A stretch of 64,000 bases of DNA from Bacillota bacterium (GCA_050951805.1 JBMNJT010000002.1:1472001-1536000), one strand, 5' to 3'. Counted from the first letter of the stretch, positions 10,195-21,566 are shown. Made by a program: numbers and translations. The notes: a model not told the origin generated them from the letters alone.

Positions 10195-12801
10195 CTATTT
10201 ATCCAACGTCTCAAGCTTTCTGAACATTGGCGCAGTTTGCCACAGAGCCCTCATATCGCTCACAGCCAGCCTGTGGGACTTAGGATGCCATTCCACTCTC
10301 ACAGCGCCCACTTCATCAGTCCGGAGAACAGCTGCACCCGACTGCAGAAGCCTTTCCACTGTATCTTGCGACGGATGGCCATAGCTATTTCGCCCTACCG
10401 ATATCACCGCAATACTAGGCTTCACAGCCTCCAAAAATCTTGCAGAAGTCGCACTGGACGATCCGTGGTGCCCCACCTTGAGCACATCGGCCCTTAGCAC
10501 GCCATGTCCCTCTGGCCCCAAACACCGAAACACTTCTTGTTCGAATTTCCGACCCGCATCCGCGCACAAAAGCATGGAGAACTCGCCGCACACAACGCGA
10601 AACACAAGGGAAGCCTCGTTGGGATCAAACGTCAGGTTGCCCGAGAATCCAACGTCTCCTTCCAACGAAGTGCCGCGCAACCCATCGCCCACTGCTTCCG
10701 GACCACCACCGTACACGATGGGATTGATCATCTCGAGCCTCACAGATCCTGCGTTGATCTGATTACCCCTAACCAACTGTGCAAGAGACGGCGCATTGCT
10801 ATACTGGCACTCCGACCCTACCAATATGCCGTCGATCCATGCCTGATCCATGCCTCTGGGAATCATTACCGTATCCGTCTGAACCTTGCCCGCAAGGGCC
10901 GCAAAGCCGCCTGCGTGATCCAAATGCTCATGTGTGATGATAGCCGCATCAATGTGCCTCTTCCCACAGCGCTCAAGATACGGGAGCACATGCCTTTCCC
11001 CGGCACGCTCAGTCCCCGCGTCTATCAGTAACGTATGCCCTTCCGGCGTAAAGAGCACGGCAGCATCCCCCTGCCCCACTGAAAGAAAAACAACCTCGAG
11101 AGGCCTTGGCCACGCGATGACCACGCCCAGAATCAGTGCAGCGATGGTAAGAACAATGCCAAGCTTGTCCCGACCGATACGCGATAGCCGCCTCGCAGCC
11201 CTGAACCTGGCAAAACGGTCCCACGCAAGCCACCAGATGACCGAGACCATCAGATAGTATGCAACGAGTTCGAAGCTTCGCAACTTCCTACAGCATACTG
11301 TTGCGCCAGGAAGTGATGACATCCATCCGACCAAATGTGTAAGCACCCGCAAAACAACACCGACGCCCGTAATGATTGCCGAACCCACCCAGGGAAGAAA
11401 GGGGTAAATTGCGCAACCAACCACGCCCGCCGTCATCACGACTGATGCAAGCGGTAGAGCCGCCAGATTGGTTAACGGGCCCACGAAGCACACCTGGCCT
11501 GTCATGTTGGCAATTATGGGCCAAGTCGCTATCTGTATGCCCACAGATACCGTGAGAACCTGCATAATTAGCGCAGACAGCCCAAGAGGCGCATTCTCCC
11601 GCGGTCTTGTTGCAAGGGGGGCAAAGGCAGCGAGAGCACCCACGGCGAGGTAGGACATTTGAAACCCTGCATTCCAAAGAAGCAAAGGGTTGATCAAGAG
11701 CTGAACGGATGCGCCAATGGCTAAGGGATGGATGAGGCTGCCCTTCCTTCGCCTGGCCTTTGCTAGGACCGCTACTGTCAGCATCAACCATGCCCGCACA
11801 ACAGATGCCCGCAGGCCGGCAGCCACGGCATAGATGCCGCCAAACAAGACCGCCGCAATATCGGCGGCTTCGGGCGACGCGCCTACAATGCCGACAAGAG
11901 CTCCAAAAAGCCCGGCAACGAGGCCAACATGGAGGCCGGAGGCTGCCAGCAGATGGGCAGCCCCAGATTTCCTGAAGCTCTCGAGAATAATGGGATCAAC
12001 CCCTCTGTAGTCGCCAAACATCATCCCTGCGAGGAGATCCCGTTCAGGCGGATCGAGAACCGCACTGGCTGAGGCGACCATCTGCCGCCGCACTGCATCA
12101 GCCACCAGGAGCAACGGGCGCCGACCATTGCGTCCTGCAAAGACCATCGAATCATGCTCTGCCCATGCAACGGCATGTATCCCTTGCTGCAAGAGTATCA
12201 TCCTGTAATCGGGTTCGCCAGGGTTCATGGGACGATCAGCGTATTCAACCTGAACCCTTGCCCACACAATGTCCCCTACGCGCACATCCCAGGTAACCCA
12301 ATCCTCCTCATGCCCCCACCGGGGCCTTATCCGAACAGCCCCAACTGCCGAGCCATTTGAACCCTGGTCCATGACTGTGTCAACATCGAGGATAAGCTCC
12401 GCAGGATCCACGTACGGCCATACGGATCGTATGGTGCCACGCACCATCACATCCCGCCCCGCATAGCGCGCAATCGACCTTGCAGCCATCCCATCTGTAC
12501 GCTCCATGGCAACTGCGCCCAAGCTTATTCCGGCCAAGGCCAAGACCGCCCAGGCCAGCACGGCTCGTCTTTTCTTTGATAATCTGAGCGTTTCAATTCG
12601 GGCGAACGCAATTCCCGCCAAAACAAGCCATGCCCACCGCAAACAGAAGCCGGCTTCACGGAATCCCAAGAGTATGCCCACAATCAGGAACAAGGCAATT
12701 ACTGGCGCCACAGCACACGCTCCCAAGTTTCCGTGGGTGACCGATGTTCCAAAGCCAAAGAGATGCTTCCCGGGATTCTCGTTTCCCGCCGTGAGCGCCA
12801 T
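10195..12801 (-). CDS. comEC: DNA uptake channel ComEC/Rec2
   Basis: HLLAASGLHVG competence domain; metallo-beta-lactamase domain VGQGDA, THEHLDHAGG, KVGHHGS, YGHP. Confidence 0.95.
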   Translation of the reverse strand: MALTAGNENPGKHLFGFGTSVTHGNLGACAVAPVIALFLIVGILLGFREAGFCLRWAWLVLAGIAFARIETLRLSKKRRAVLAWAVLALAGISLGAVAMERTDGMAARSIARYAGRDVMVRGTIRSVWPYVDPAELILDVDTVMDQGSNGSAVGAVRIRPRWGHEEDWVTWDVRVGDIVWARVQVEYADRPMNPGEPDYRMILLQQGIHAVAWAEHDSMVFAGRNGRRPLLLVADAVRRQMVASASAVLDPPERDLLAGMMFGDYRGVDPIILESFRKSGAAHLLAASGLHVGLVAGLFGALVGIVGASPEAADIAAVLFGGIYAVAAGLRASVVRAWLMLTVAVLAKARRRKGSLIHPLAIGASVQLLINPLLLWNAGFQMSYLAVGALAAFAPLATRPRENAPLGLSALIMQVLTVSVGIQIATWPIIANMTGQVCFVGPLTNLAALPLASVVMTAGVVGCAIYPFLPWVGSAIITGVGVVLRVLTHLVGWMSSLPGATVCCRKLRSFELVAYYLMVSVIWWLAWDRFARFRAARRLSRIGRDKLGIVLTIAALILGVVIAWPRPLEVVFLSVGQGDAAVLFTPEGHTLLIDAGTERAGERHVLPYLERCGKRHIDAAIITHEHLDHAGGFAALAGKVQTDTVMIPRGMDQAWIDGILVGSECQYSNAPSLAQLVRGNQINAGSVRLEMINPIVYGGGPEAVGDGLRGTSLEGDVGFSGNLTFDPNEASLVFRVVCGEFSMLLCADAGRKFEQEVFRCLGPEGHGVLRADVLKVGHHGSSSATSARFLEAVKPSIAVISVGRNSYGHPSQDTVERLLQSGAAVLRTDEVGAVRVEWHPKSHRLAVSDMRALWQTAPMFRKLETLDK

Positions 12802-13488
12802 TTACCTCACCGTGGCATGGGGAGCAATCTTGCTCAGTTTCGCCTCGCCGATGCCGGAGACGCCGAGCAAATCGTTGACAGAAGAATACGGTCCATTGAT
12901 CTTCCTATACTCTACAATCTTGGCAGCTGTAACTGGACCAACCCCCGGCAATTGCTCAAGCTCGGCGACTGAAGCTGTGTTGATGTTTATCAATGTTTCC
13001 TTGGGTGACAACGCCGAGATATCTGCTCTATTCGAAGGAATTCTCGCCTCCGAAGATCCGGATGGCATAGGCTCTTTGCGAGGAATACATATCTGCTCTC
13101 CATCATGTACCGGCAGTGCAAGATTGACCATATCGAGATCGGCCTCAGATGTTGCTCCCCCCGCCGCCCTAACCGCGTCGGCAACCCGCGAGCCGTGGGG
13201 AAGAGAGTAGACTTCAGGACGAGCCACCGCGCCCGCGACATGGATTACGATTAAGTCATCGTCCAACTCAGGCGTTACCGAACCAGCTACGGGACCCTCG
13301 ACGTCTGTCTCGCACGACAGGCAATCCCCGCCATGAATGGATCCGTCCTGATAGGAGGAATCAGTCTCCTCATTCTCGATCACCACCAGTGCCGGTCGAC
13401 GCGCCTGTTTCAAGGCAACCGCCGCCAGCCCTAACAAGCCCACTGCGGCTACAATCGCCGCAATCTTCCGTGGACTCAGTTTGTTCAT
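12802..13488 (-). CDS. comEA: Competence DNA receptor ComEA
   Basis: SLBB domain (HVAGAVARPEVY) plus helix-hairpin-helix (ININTAS...LPGVGPVTA...GIGE). Confidence 0.95.
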   Translation of the reverse strand: MNKLSPRKIAAIVAAVGLLGLAAVALKQARRPALVVIENEETDSSYQDGSIHGGDCLSCETDVEGPVAGSVTPELDDDLIVIHVAGAVARPEVYSLPHGSRVADAVRAAGGATSEADLDMVNLALPVHDGEQICIPRKEPMPSGSSEARIPSNRADISALSPKETLININTASVAELEQLPGVGPVTAAKIVEYRKINGPYSSVNDLLGVSGIGEAKLSKIAPHATVR

Positions 13489-14169
13489 TGACAATCCCCC
13501 TTGAAAGCGCCGACCGGTCATGGTGGAAACGCCGAGCTGCTAGACTCATGTTACCATTCGGACACCACCGCCGCCTCGCCCTTTTGGGTGAGCCAACTGG
13601 GTGATTTTTGGCGCCAAAGCGTCGAGAGGCAAGATGCCGACCTCGTGGTCCTTCATCTCGCCACGCCTCCTTTGCCATCAAGCTCACATGGCTACAGTCT
13701 CTTCCCAAAGTCCTCCGGAGCGTCTCTAGCTCAAAGGCAATCTGCCCCGCCGAACTTCGCTTCTCGACTGAGCAGACGCAGCGCCCAGTAGGCTCGTAAC
13801 ACCCGGCTCACCCGTTTCCACCGGCATTTCAGCCCCTGTTATCTCTCTCCCATACTTGCCTACAGCTGCAGCAATCACCGTGAAGATATGGGGCAACGTG
13901 GCTTGGAGCAACATATGTCAAGCCTTTGGTTCCAAAACTCGGTATTTACATGAGGCCCGAATTGGGCAAAAAGAGTCTCCCATGGTCATCAATGGAGCCA
14001 TAGCACTACGCTTAGTCAGTTGAGCTCCCCCTAGTTTTAGCACTTCTGCAGGGGCTGACAGATGAAGAGCCCGAGGCTTTGATCCATGCCTTCGTTGCCG
14101 AGCCTACATCCGAAACGGCAACAGGATGCTCCGTAATCAAGCAAGTCCTGCGAACAGAACCCAAAGCTG

Positions 14170-14640
14170 AAAGACCTTAGTCCCTCCGACCTTTTATAGC
14201 ACATCTGCGGGTTGTCTTCCCGCTGGTTGCGTAACGTAACTCGTCGGCTAGACAAACATTCCGGAGGCTGAGGGTTCATAACTACTACGGACTCATCTGC
14301 CACCCCACACCACATATTCCCATCCTTGCGTCTCCGCTTGTTTGGGCTTACCAGCTATCTGGATGATGCAGGGCTTCCCCGGTTAAGTTTGTCTGCCTGA
14401 CACGAACCCGTCCGTCAAAACCCCCCAGGTTATCCAGCTTTCGGGCTTTCCCATACTTCGCAAGGTTACCCACCTGACAGGCCAACTTCGGTTCGCTTTC
14501 GCTACGTTCCGTGTTCCCCCTTAAAGCTTCCTTCAGACCCCGCCGTTACCAGCGACGCCCTTGCCTTGAGGTTGTCTTCCCGCTGGTTGGGTGACAGGAC
14601 TTCTTTCAGTCCATCGGCTCAACAAACATGCCGGGCGAAC
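14170..14640 (-). mobile_element. Truncated or ORF-less group IIC intron remnant
   Basis: 5' end GTTCGCCCGGCATG immediately after the leuS terminator (IIC target preference); domain I-III-like motifs GTCTGAAGGAAGC, TTAACCGGGGAAGCCC, GCAGATGAGTCCGTAGTAGT; no RT ORF and no intact domain V; the 3' limit is approximate. Confidence 0.7.
14210..14589. repeat. 20-nt direct repeat GGTTGTCTTCCCGCTGGTTG at 14210-14229 and 14570-14589
   Basis: Identical 20-mers, with flanking similarity between 14243-14264 and 14613-14634. Confidence 0.85.
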
Positions 14641-14679
14641 AAAAGGCTAACCTCACAGGCAATGAGGTTAGCCAAAAAA
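14641..14679 (-). terminator. Rho-independent terminator of leuS
   Basis: GGCTAACCTCA-7nt-TGAGGTTAGCC stem, followed on the minus strand by TTTT. Confidence 0.85.
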
Positions 14680-14705
14680 CCAATTTTCTATATCACAAAA
14701 CAAGA

Positions 14706-17222
14706 CTATTTTACAACTATGTTTATGAGCCTCTTCGGAACGAAGATCGTCTTTACCACGGAACCCGAGCCGACCGCAGCCAACACTTTCTCGCTTGCCA
14801 GCGCCATGGCGACAGCTTCATCCTCTGTGGCATCAGCTGCGATAGTCAGTCTCTCTCTAACTTTGCCATTCACCTGTACGGCTATCTCAACCTCGTCCAC
14901 AACAATCGCCCTTGGGTCGTATTTCGGCCATTCGACGCGATGAACACTGCCGCTGTGACCTATTTCATGCCAAAGCTCCTCAGTGATGTGAGGCGCAAAC
15001 GGCGCCAACATGACCACCAGGATATCAATAGCCTCCGCCATGACAGCAGCGTCTCCCTGCTCAGACAGCACCGCATCCTTCAACGCATACAGCGAGTTCA
15101 CACACTCCATGATTGCGGCAATTGCCGTGTTTAAGCTGATACGCTCTTCGATGTCCTCAGTAACCTTCTTGAGCGCGCCATGCACGGCCCTGCGCACCTC
15201 CCGCGCCTCGGGGCTGAGGGAATCGGGATTAGGCACAACAGCCACTCCCACTCCCTCATGCATGTTCTTTCTCTCATCTCCTACCGCCTGAACATACTGG
15301 TGCACAAGCCTCCATACTCTCTGCAGGAACCTCCAGCATCCTTCGACGCCTTCAGCACTCCATTCCAGATCCCGTTCCGGGGGCGCCGCGAACAGCACGA
15401 AAAGCCTGGCTGTATCCGCCCCGTATTCATTGACAATCTCGTCGGGATCCACGGTGTTCCCCTTCGACTTGGACATCTTGGCGCCATCCATCAACACCAT
15501 TCCTTGCGTGAGCAAGTTGGTGAAAGGTTCCTCGAAACCAACCAGACCGATATCGTAAAGGGCCATCGTGAAGAACCTGGCATACATGAGATGCATGATA
15601 GCGTGCTCAACGCCGCCAATATACTGATCCACAGGCATCCAGTAGTCTACGTCCGCCCGCTTCCAAGGCCCGTCATCCGTTTTCGGCGACGTGTATCTTG
15701 AAAAATACCACGACGAACAGATGAAAGTATCCATCGTATCTGTCTCACGCCTCGCAGGTCCTCCGCAGACAGGGCATCGGGTGTTTACAAATTGAGGGCA
15801 ATCCATCAGAGGCGACTTGCCGGTGGGCATGAACTTGACATGCTCCGGTAACATCACCGGAAGTTCCTCCTCTGGAACCGGGACTATCCCACAAGAATCG
15901 CAATAGACAATCGGTATCGGAGCGCCCCAAAATCGCTGCCTGGATACGAGCCAATCGCGGAGACGATAGTGCACCACCCTCCTCCCGCTTTCCTCTTTCT
16001 CCAGGTAATCAGCGATGGCCGATCTCGCCTCAATCGACGGCATGCCGTCAAATTGGCCGGAGTTAACCTGCACACCTTCATCCACGTAGGCGCCTCCCAT
16101 AGTAGACTCATCTAGGCGCTCACCTGTGGGCGTGATTACCACCTTTATGGGCAATCCATACTTCTTGGCGAATTCGAAGTCTCGCTGGTCATGGGCGGGA
16201 ACGCCCATGACCGCCCCTGTTCCGTAATCCATCAGCACATAGTTGCCAACCCATATGGGGACGGACTCCCCGTTAGCCGGGTTAACAGCATAGGCACCAG
16301 TAAACATGCCAACTTTCTCCGTCTCTTCCGACGTGCGCACTATGTCGTCTTGGCCTATCGTATCCTCCACAAATCGGCGTATCTCAGCCTCATTTGGCTT
16401 CCCCTCGATCAGCTTGTCAACCAGAGGGTGCTCAGGCGCCACCACTACGTAGGACACTCCGTAAATAGTGTCTTGGCGTGTGGTGAAAATCGTCAGTTTG
16501 TCGCCTGTCTCCGGCACGTGAAAATCTATGTCCACACCTTCGCTGCGGCCTATCCAGTTGCGCTGCATAACCTTGACCTTGTCAGGCCAGCCAGGCATGT
16601 TGTCAAGGTTGCTCAACAATCTCTCGGCATAGTCAGTGATTCTCAGGAACCACTGCTCCAGCACCCTTTTGGTTACAGGTGTATCGCACCGCTCACATGC
16701 TCCGTTAACAACCTGCTCATTTGCAAGCACAGTCGCGCAAGACGGACACCAGTTGACCTTCTGCGTCTTGCGATACGCCAACCCGTTCTTGTACAGCTGG
16801 AGGAAGAGCCACTGGGTCCACTTGTAGTATGAGGGGTCGCATGTAGTGATCTCTCGATCCCAGTCATAGCTGAATCCGAGCCTCTTTATCTGCTTTCGCA
16901 TTGCCGCGATATTCTCACGCGTCCAGGTCACCGGATCAGCCCCATGCTCTATGGCGGCATTCTCAGCAGGTAGGCCAAACGCATCCCATCCCATGGGGTG
17001 CAACACATTCCATCCCTTCATCGACCTTTGTCTGGCTATTACATCCCCGATAGAGTAATTTCTGACATGACCCATATGGATCCGCCCGGAGGGATACGGA
17101 AGCATCTCCAATAGGTAGTATTTTGGACGGGCAGTCTCCTCCCCGACCTTGTAAAGCTGGTCCTCTTCCCATTTCGCCTGCCATTTGGGCTCTATCTCTT
17201 CGAAGCAATACCTATCCCTCAT
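14706..17222 (-). CDS. leuS: Leucine--tRNA ligase
   Basis: PYPSGRIHMGH (HIGH) and KMSKS motifs, GTGAVMGVPAHDQRD editing domain; ATG at 17222 with RBS GGAGG. Confidence 0.98.
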   Translation of the reverse strand: MRDRYCFEEIEPKWQAKWEEDQLYKVGEETARPKYYLLEMLPYPSGRIHMGHVRNYSIGDVIARQRSMKGWNVLHPMGWDAFGLPAENAAIEHGADPVTWTRENIAAMRKQIKRLGFSYDWDREITTCDPSYYKWTQWLFLQLYKNGLAYRKTQKVNWCPSCATVLANEQVVNGACERCDTPVTKRVLEQWFLRITDYAERLLSNLDNMPGWPDKVKVMQRNWIGRSEGVDIDFHVPETGDKLTIFTTRQDTIYGVSYVVVAPEHPLVDKLIEGKPNEAEIRRFVEDTIGQDDIVRTSEETEKVGMFTGAYAVNPANGESVPIWVGNYVLMDYGTGAVMGVPAHDQRDFEFAKKYGLPIKVVITPTGERLDESTMGGAYVDEGVQVNSGQFDGMPSIEARSAIADYLEKEESGRRVVHYRLRDWLVSRQRFWGAPIPIVYCDSCGIVPVPEEELPVMLPEHVKFMPTGKSPLMDCPQFVNTRCPVCGGPARRETDTMDTFICSSWYFSRYTSPKTDDGPWKRADVDYWMPVDQYIGGVEHAIMHLMYARFFTMALYDIGLVGFEEPFTNLLTQGMVLMDGAKMSKSKGNTVDPDEIVNEYGADTARLFVLFAAPPERDLEWSAEGVEGCWRFLQRVWRLVHQYVQAVGDERKNMHEGVGVAVVPNPDSLSPEAREVRRAVHGALKKVTEDIEERISLNTAIAAIMECVNSLYALKDAVLSEQGDAAVMAEAIDILVVMLAPFAPHITEELWHEIGHSGSVHRVEWPKYDPRAIVVDEVEIAVQVNGKVRERLTIAADATEDEAVAMALASEKVLAAVGSGSVVKTIFVPKRLINIVVK

Positions 17223-17250
17223 TCTTCTTCCTCCTTCGGCTTTAGGGAAC

Positions 17251-17612
<362 letters not shown>

Positions 17613-17638
17613 GCATTTCAAAATATCAAGCAGCTATG

Positions 17639-17667
17639 ATTATACCTGCCCCGTTTCGGTAAGTCAA
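17639..17667 (-). promoter_or_regulatory. Sigma-A promoter of the T-box/tRNA/leuS transcript
   Basis: TTGACT-17nt-TATAAT. Confidence 0.85.
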
Positions 17668-17793
17668 GCCAATTCGCCTCATAACCCGCTGACATTCTTC
17701 CGACAACGACCACTTTGACGATTAGCCGTGCAGCCCATTGCCGCACAGACGCCCATCGGTCCAACATCACGGCGCTCAGCCAGGAATCTGACG

Positions 17794-18180
17794 TTAAGTT
17801 GCATCGTCCGCACTTGAGTCGCCAACTCTCACAGCTGGCGCATCGCCCCAGAGGCCTTCTAGGTCGTAGTATTTCCTTTCTTCTTCCCGGAAGATGTGGA
17901 CTACTATGTCACCCCAATCCAAGAGCACCCAGCCTGATGCATCTGAGCCTTCGCGGCGGCGAAGCGCCAACTTCGACTCTTCCATGCTCTCCTCGATTGC
18001 TTCGCGCACGCCACGCGCATGCGCCTCAGTATACACCGTACACACCAGGAAGTAATCGGCCATGATTGAAACGGAAGTCATATCGATCAAGACCACGTCT
18101 ACTGCCTTTTTCTCCACAGCGGCCGCAGCCGCCTTCTTTGCGTGGCATGTGGATGAGAGTTCAGCCTGCAATTTCTCCAA
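17794..18180 (-). CDS. rsfS: Ribosome silencing factor
   Basis: EKKAVDV, ADYFLVCT and WVLLDWGDIVVHIF...YDLEGLW motifs; start uncertain. Confidence 0.93.
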   Translation of the reverse strand: MEKLQAELSSTCHAKKAAAAAVEKKAVDVVLIDMTSVSIMADYFLVCTVYTEAHARGVREAIEESMEESKLALRRREGSDASGWVLLDWGDIVVHIFREEERKYYDLEGLWGDAPAVRVGDSSADDAT

Positions 18181-18793
18181 ATTCACGAGCAGGTGGATCA
18201 CCAGCCTCACAATTAGTATTCACCGCGCGAACAAGGCGGTTTCGCGCCAAAACAGTCTCTATGGCTATTTCACGCCCAGTTTGCACCAGATGCAAAATGG
18301 TGCAATCCAAGGCAGATAGAAGAGCCAAATCAAGATCGTGTTCGGCAAGGGCGCGGAGCCTATCTACACCCGGAAAATTCCTCCCAGGTTCAATGTAATC
18401 GGCAAGGCACACTACCTTGTCTTCAGCACTCATCTCTATTGATCCCAATGTATGGCATGCTATTGCCCGAAGCACCCGCACATCTTCCACTCCATACTTT
18501 TCTCTGGCCAAAACCGCGCCTGCAAGTCCGTGAAGGAGCATCGGACAGTTCTGCAGGCTCTCTACCAGATCAGAACGGCCACTTCGATGAGCAAGTGTTA
18601 GGAGTGCGTCGTCAGGTAGATCCCGTGCGCAGTCGTGGAGGAGCCCTGCCAAACCACAGACTCGAACATCCGCCCCGTACTTCTCGGCAAGCCGCCTCGA
18701 TTCCTCCTCCACCTGCAGCGAATGGGCAAACCGTTCAGGCTGCAGCGTAGATTCGAGTTCATCCCTGATCGATGTCAAGGCGTCTTCGCACAT
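18161..18793 (-). CDS. yqeK: Ap4A hydrolase YqeK (HD domain)
   Basis: RFAHS, GLLHDCAR, LLHG, HTLG and ADYIEPGR motifs; nadD-yqeK-rsfS synteny. Confidence 0.9.
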   Translation of the reverse strand: MCEDALTSIRDELESTLQPERFAHSLQVEEESRRLAEKYGADVRVCGLAGLLHDCARDLPDDALLTLAHRSGRSDLVESLQNCPMLLHGLAGAVLAREKYGVEDVRVLRAIACHTLGSIEMSAEDKVVCLADYIEPGRNFPGVDRLRALAEHDLDLALLSALDCTILHLVQTGREIAIETVLARNRLVRAVNTNCEAGDPPAREFGEIAG

Positions 18794-18894
18794 CAAGAAG
18801 CTACCCCCCACGGCATTGACAGTTCACTACATCACATAATAGCACATCGCCCCCAGAGGTTCCACGTGGGGGCGATGCACTTCAACATCCTTTC

Positions 18895-19152
18895 TTACAT
18901 GCGGTGTTCCCGGGCTTTCGCCTCGTTCACCGTGATCTCTCTTCCATCGATAGTCGTTCCGTGAAGTGATTTGACGATCGGCTCGATATCATCGGTGTCG
19001 ACCTCCACAAAACCAAAACCGCGGGATCTCCCAGTATCTCTGTCCGTCACAATCCTGCTTGAAATGACCTCCGCATATGGGGAGAACACTTGCTGTAGTT
19101 GATGATCTGTTATCCCCCAAGGGAGGTTTCCCACATACAAAGTTTTACTCAT
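18895..19152 (-). CDS. RNA-binding protein (single RRM domain)
   Basis: RNP2 LYVGNL and RNP1 RGFGFV. Confidence 0.93.
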   Translation of the reverse strand: MSKTLYVGNLPWGITDHQLQQVFSPYAEVISSRIVTDRDTGRSRGFGFVEVDTDDIEPIVKSLHGTTIDGREITVNEAKAREHRM

Positions 19153-19230
19153 GCCTGCACCTCACTCCGTTAGAGCGTAGTTTTCCGCCGTACCCGTGCA
19201 CTTATGTATCACCCAAGATGCAGCGCGCAG

Positions 19231-19833
19231 TCATTCTCTGTATAGCCCGACCAGTTCAATGTAGTTGATGACCATGTCAGGCAGAAGATATCGAACCGGT
19301 CGTCCATCTTTGAGCCGCTCTCGAATATCCGTGGATGATATCGCCAAGGCCGGCACTTCAAGGAAATGAATCTTGTTTGCTCTGTGCCCGAATATTTGCT
19401 CGATTTTATCGCTGTGAAGCGCATACCCCGGCCTCGTCGCAGCAATAAACTCACATAGGTCAAGAAGATCGTCCGAATCTTTCCACTCAAGCATTTCCAG
19501 TATTGCGTCTGCGCCTGTGATGAAATAAAGTCCTGCATCATACCCATATCTATCTCGAAAAGCTCTCACAGTATCGATGGCATACGATGGACCTGACCTG
19601 TCCACTTCTATTGAAGACACCTCAAAATGGGGATTGCTCGTTGTGGCCAGAACAGTCATCATGTATCTGTGTTCACGCGAAGTGATTTGTTTGCCCATTT
19701 TATGGGGAGGCTGCCCTGATGGCACAAACACAACCTTGTCGAGGTCAAACTGGTAGTACGCCTGTTCCGCCGTTACAAGGTGCCCATAATGCACCGGATC
19801 AAAAGTGCCGCCCATCAGGCCTATACGCTTCAT
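19231..19833 (-). CDS. nadD: Nicotinate-nucleotide adenylyltransferase
   Basis: GGTFDPVHYGH, FITGAD and ISSTDIR motifs. Confidence 0.97.
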   Translation of the reverse strand: MKRIGLMGGTFDPVHYGHLVTAEQAYYQFDLDKVVFVPSGQPPHKMGKQITSREHRYMMTVLATTSNPHFEVSSIEVDRSGPSYAIDTVRAFRDRYGYDAGLYFITGADAILEMLEWKDSDDLLDLCEFIAATRPGYALHSDKIEQIFGHRANKIHFLEVPALAISSTDIRERLKDGRPVRYLLPDMVINYIELVGLYRE

Positions 19834-19855
19834 CGTAATACACCTGCCGCACCTG

Positions 19856-21154
19856 CTAGCGCGTCCAGAAATGCGCCTCGCCGTACTCTATCTCCAGATC
19901 TCCTATGCGCACGATATCTCCTTCAACAGCTCCGGCCTTCCTAAGCTCATCTACGATTCCCGCCTTGGCCAACATAGCCCAGAATCGCCCGTAAGCTTCA
20001 ACGTTATCCATGTCAGTCATCTGGCATAGACGTTCTACGCCCTCGCCTGACAGCACATAGACATCGCCATCCCGTTCAACCACGGTATCTCTCAGCCTAG
20101 AACCACGTTGGGTGTACACCCTTGCTTCCTCTTCAGGCTCAACCAGAATGTCATCAGGCGGGATCTTGGCCAATACATCAGCAACTGCGTACAGCAGGCT
20201 CTGGACGCCTTCGCCAGTCAACGCCGATATGGGAAACACCTGGACGTCTTCTTTTTCGAGCACATCCGAAAAAGCCCTAGCCCGATCAGAAGCCCCCGGC
20301 ATGTCCACCTTATTCGCTGCAACAATCTCTGGTTTCACCGGCAAATCAGGATGGTAGAGCTCAAGTTCGCGCCTGATAGTTCGATAATCCTCAAGAGGAT
20401 CGCGCCCTGACTCTTCTGATACATCAACGACGTGAACAAGAACCCGCGTCCTCATAATGTGGCGCAAGAACTCGTGTCCCAAGCCTATACCCTCCGCCGC
20501 ACCCTCGATAAGCCCAGGAATGTCCGCCACAACAAAGCTTTTGTCCGCTAGATCCACAACGCCCAGGATTGGGCTGAGGGTTGTGAATGGATAATCCGCA
20601 ATCTTTGGCCGAGCAGAAGAAATCTTTGACAGCAACGTGGATTTCCCCGCGTTGGGGTATCCAATGAGCCCCACATCTGCCAACAACCGAAGCTCAAGCA
20701 CGAGTCGGCGTTCCTCGCCAAGCTCTCCCTTCTCAGCAAAACGCGGCGTCCTCCGCACCGATGTCGCGAACCGAGCATTTCCACGCCCCCCTGCCCCGCC
20801 TCTGGCCAAGAATGCCCTCTGCCCATGGACAACAAGATCGGCCACCATCTCACCTGTCTCCGCGTCCCTCACAATAGTTCCAACTGGGACTTTAATGATG
20901 AGATCTTCGCCTGCCGCGCCAGTCATCTTGCTGCCGCCACCACGGGCGCCGTTCTTTGCGCGGAGATGCTTCCGGTAACGAAAGTCCGTCAGCGTCGTCA
21001 AAGCCTTGTCCGCCTCCGCGATGACGCTTCCGCCATTGCCACCGTCTCCCCCTGAAGGGCCGCCCCGCGGAACATACTTTTCCCGCCTGAATGCGACCTC
21101 GCCGTGGCCACCATCTCCGCCACGAACGCATATTTCGACTAAATCAACAAACAT
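19856..21154 (-). CDS. obgE: GTPase ObgE/CgtA
   Basis: MFVD start, Gly-rich Obg domain, GYPNAGKS, DIPG and NKVD motifs; C-terminal OCT domain. Confidence 0.97.
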   Translation of the reverse strand: MFVDLVEICVRGGDGGHGEVAFRREKYVPRGGPSGGDGGNGGSVIAEADKALTTLTDFRYRKHLRAKNGARGGGSKMTGAAGEDLIIKVPVGTIVRDAETGEMVADLVVHGQRAFLARGGAGGRGNARFATSVRRTPRFAEKGELGEERRLVLELRLLADVGLIGYPNAGKSTLLSKISSARPKIADYPFTTLSPILGVVDLADKSFVVADIPGLIEGAAEGIGLGHEFLRHIMRTRVLVHVVDVSEESGRDPLEDYRTIRRELELYHPDLPVKPEIVAANKVDMPGASDRARAFSDVLEKEDVQVFPISALTGEGVQSLLYAVADVLAKIPPDDILVEPEEEARVYTQRGSRLRDTVVERDGDVYVLSGEGVERLCQMTDMDNVEAYGRFWAMLAKAGIVDELRKAGAVEGDIVRIGDLEIEYGEAHFWTR

Positions 21155-21566
21155 GTCAACTGCTCTCCTTGCCCGCACGCCCCTACATATTCGGAGGAAC
21201 TGTGAACCGAAAAGCCACAGCCCCTGCAATCAACCTCCAGGCTGGCCTCGCCTGACCAAACACGATCCAGGCCCATACGTTACTTCGCGGGCTCCAATAC
21301 GCGCTCGCCTACGATCAACCGACCATCGAAGAGTTTGAGGAGGTCGGACGACGTCTGCCCGATTACACTGATCGCCTGCAACGCGCGTCTTCTAATTCTA
21401 CATCGCTGCATAGTCTTCCTTCAATGCAGCGCATCTATGGCAGATGCCTGACCCTGGTTTGCCAGTCTGCGCGCACCGCGCAAACATGCGTCCGACTGCC
21501 AATCCACCCCAACCCGCGCGGGGGACACGCATACCAGCAACGTTGTCTCCGCTGTCAGCGACGTTG

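Noticed and set aside
14210-14589. Direct repeats as a possible CRISPR array or att sites
   Set aside because: Only two copies, 360 nt apart, within intron-like sequence; no cas or integrase genes. I saw no CRISPR array in the window
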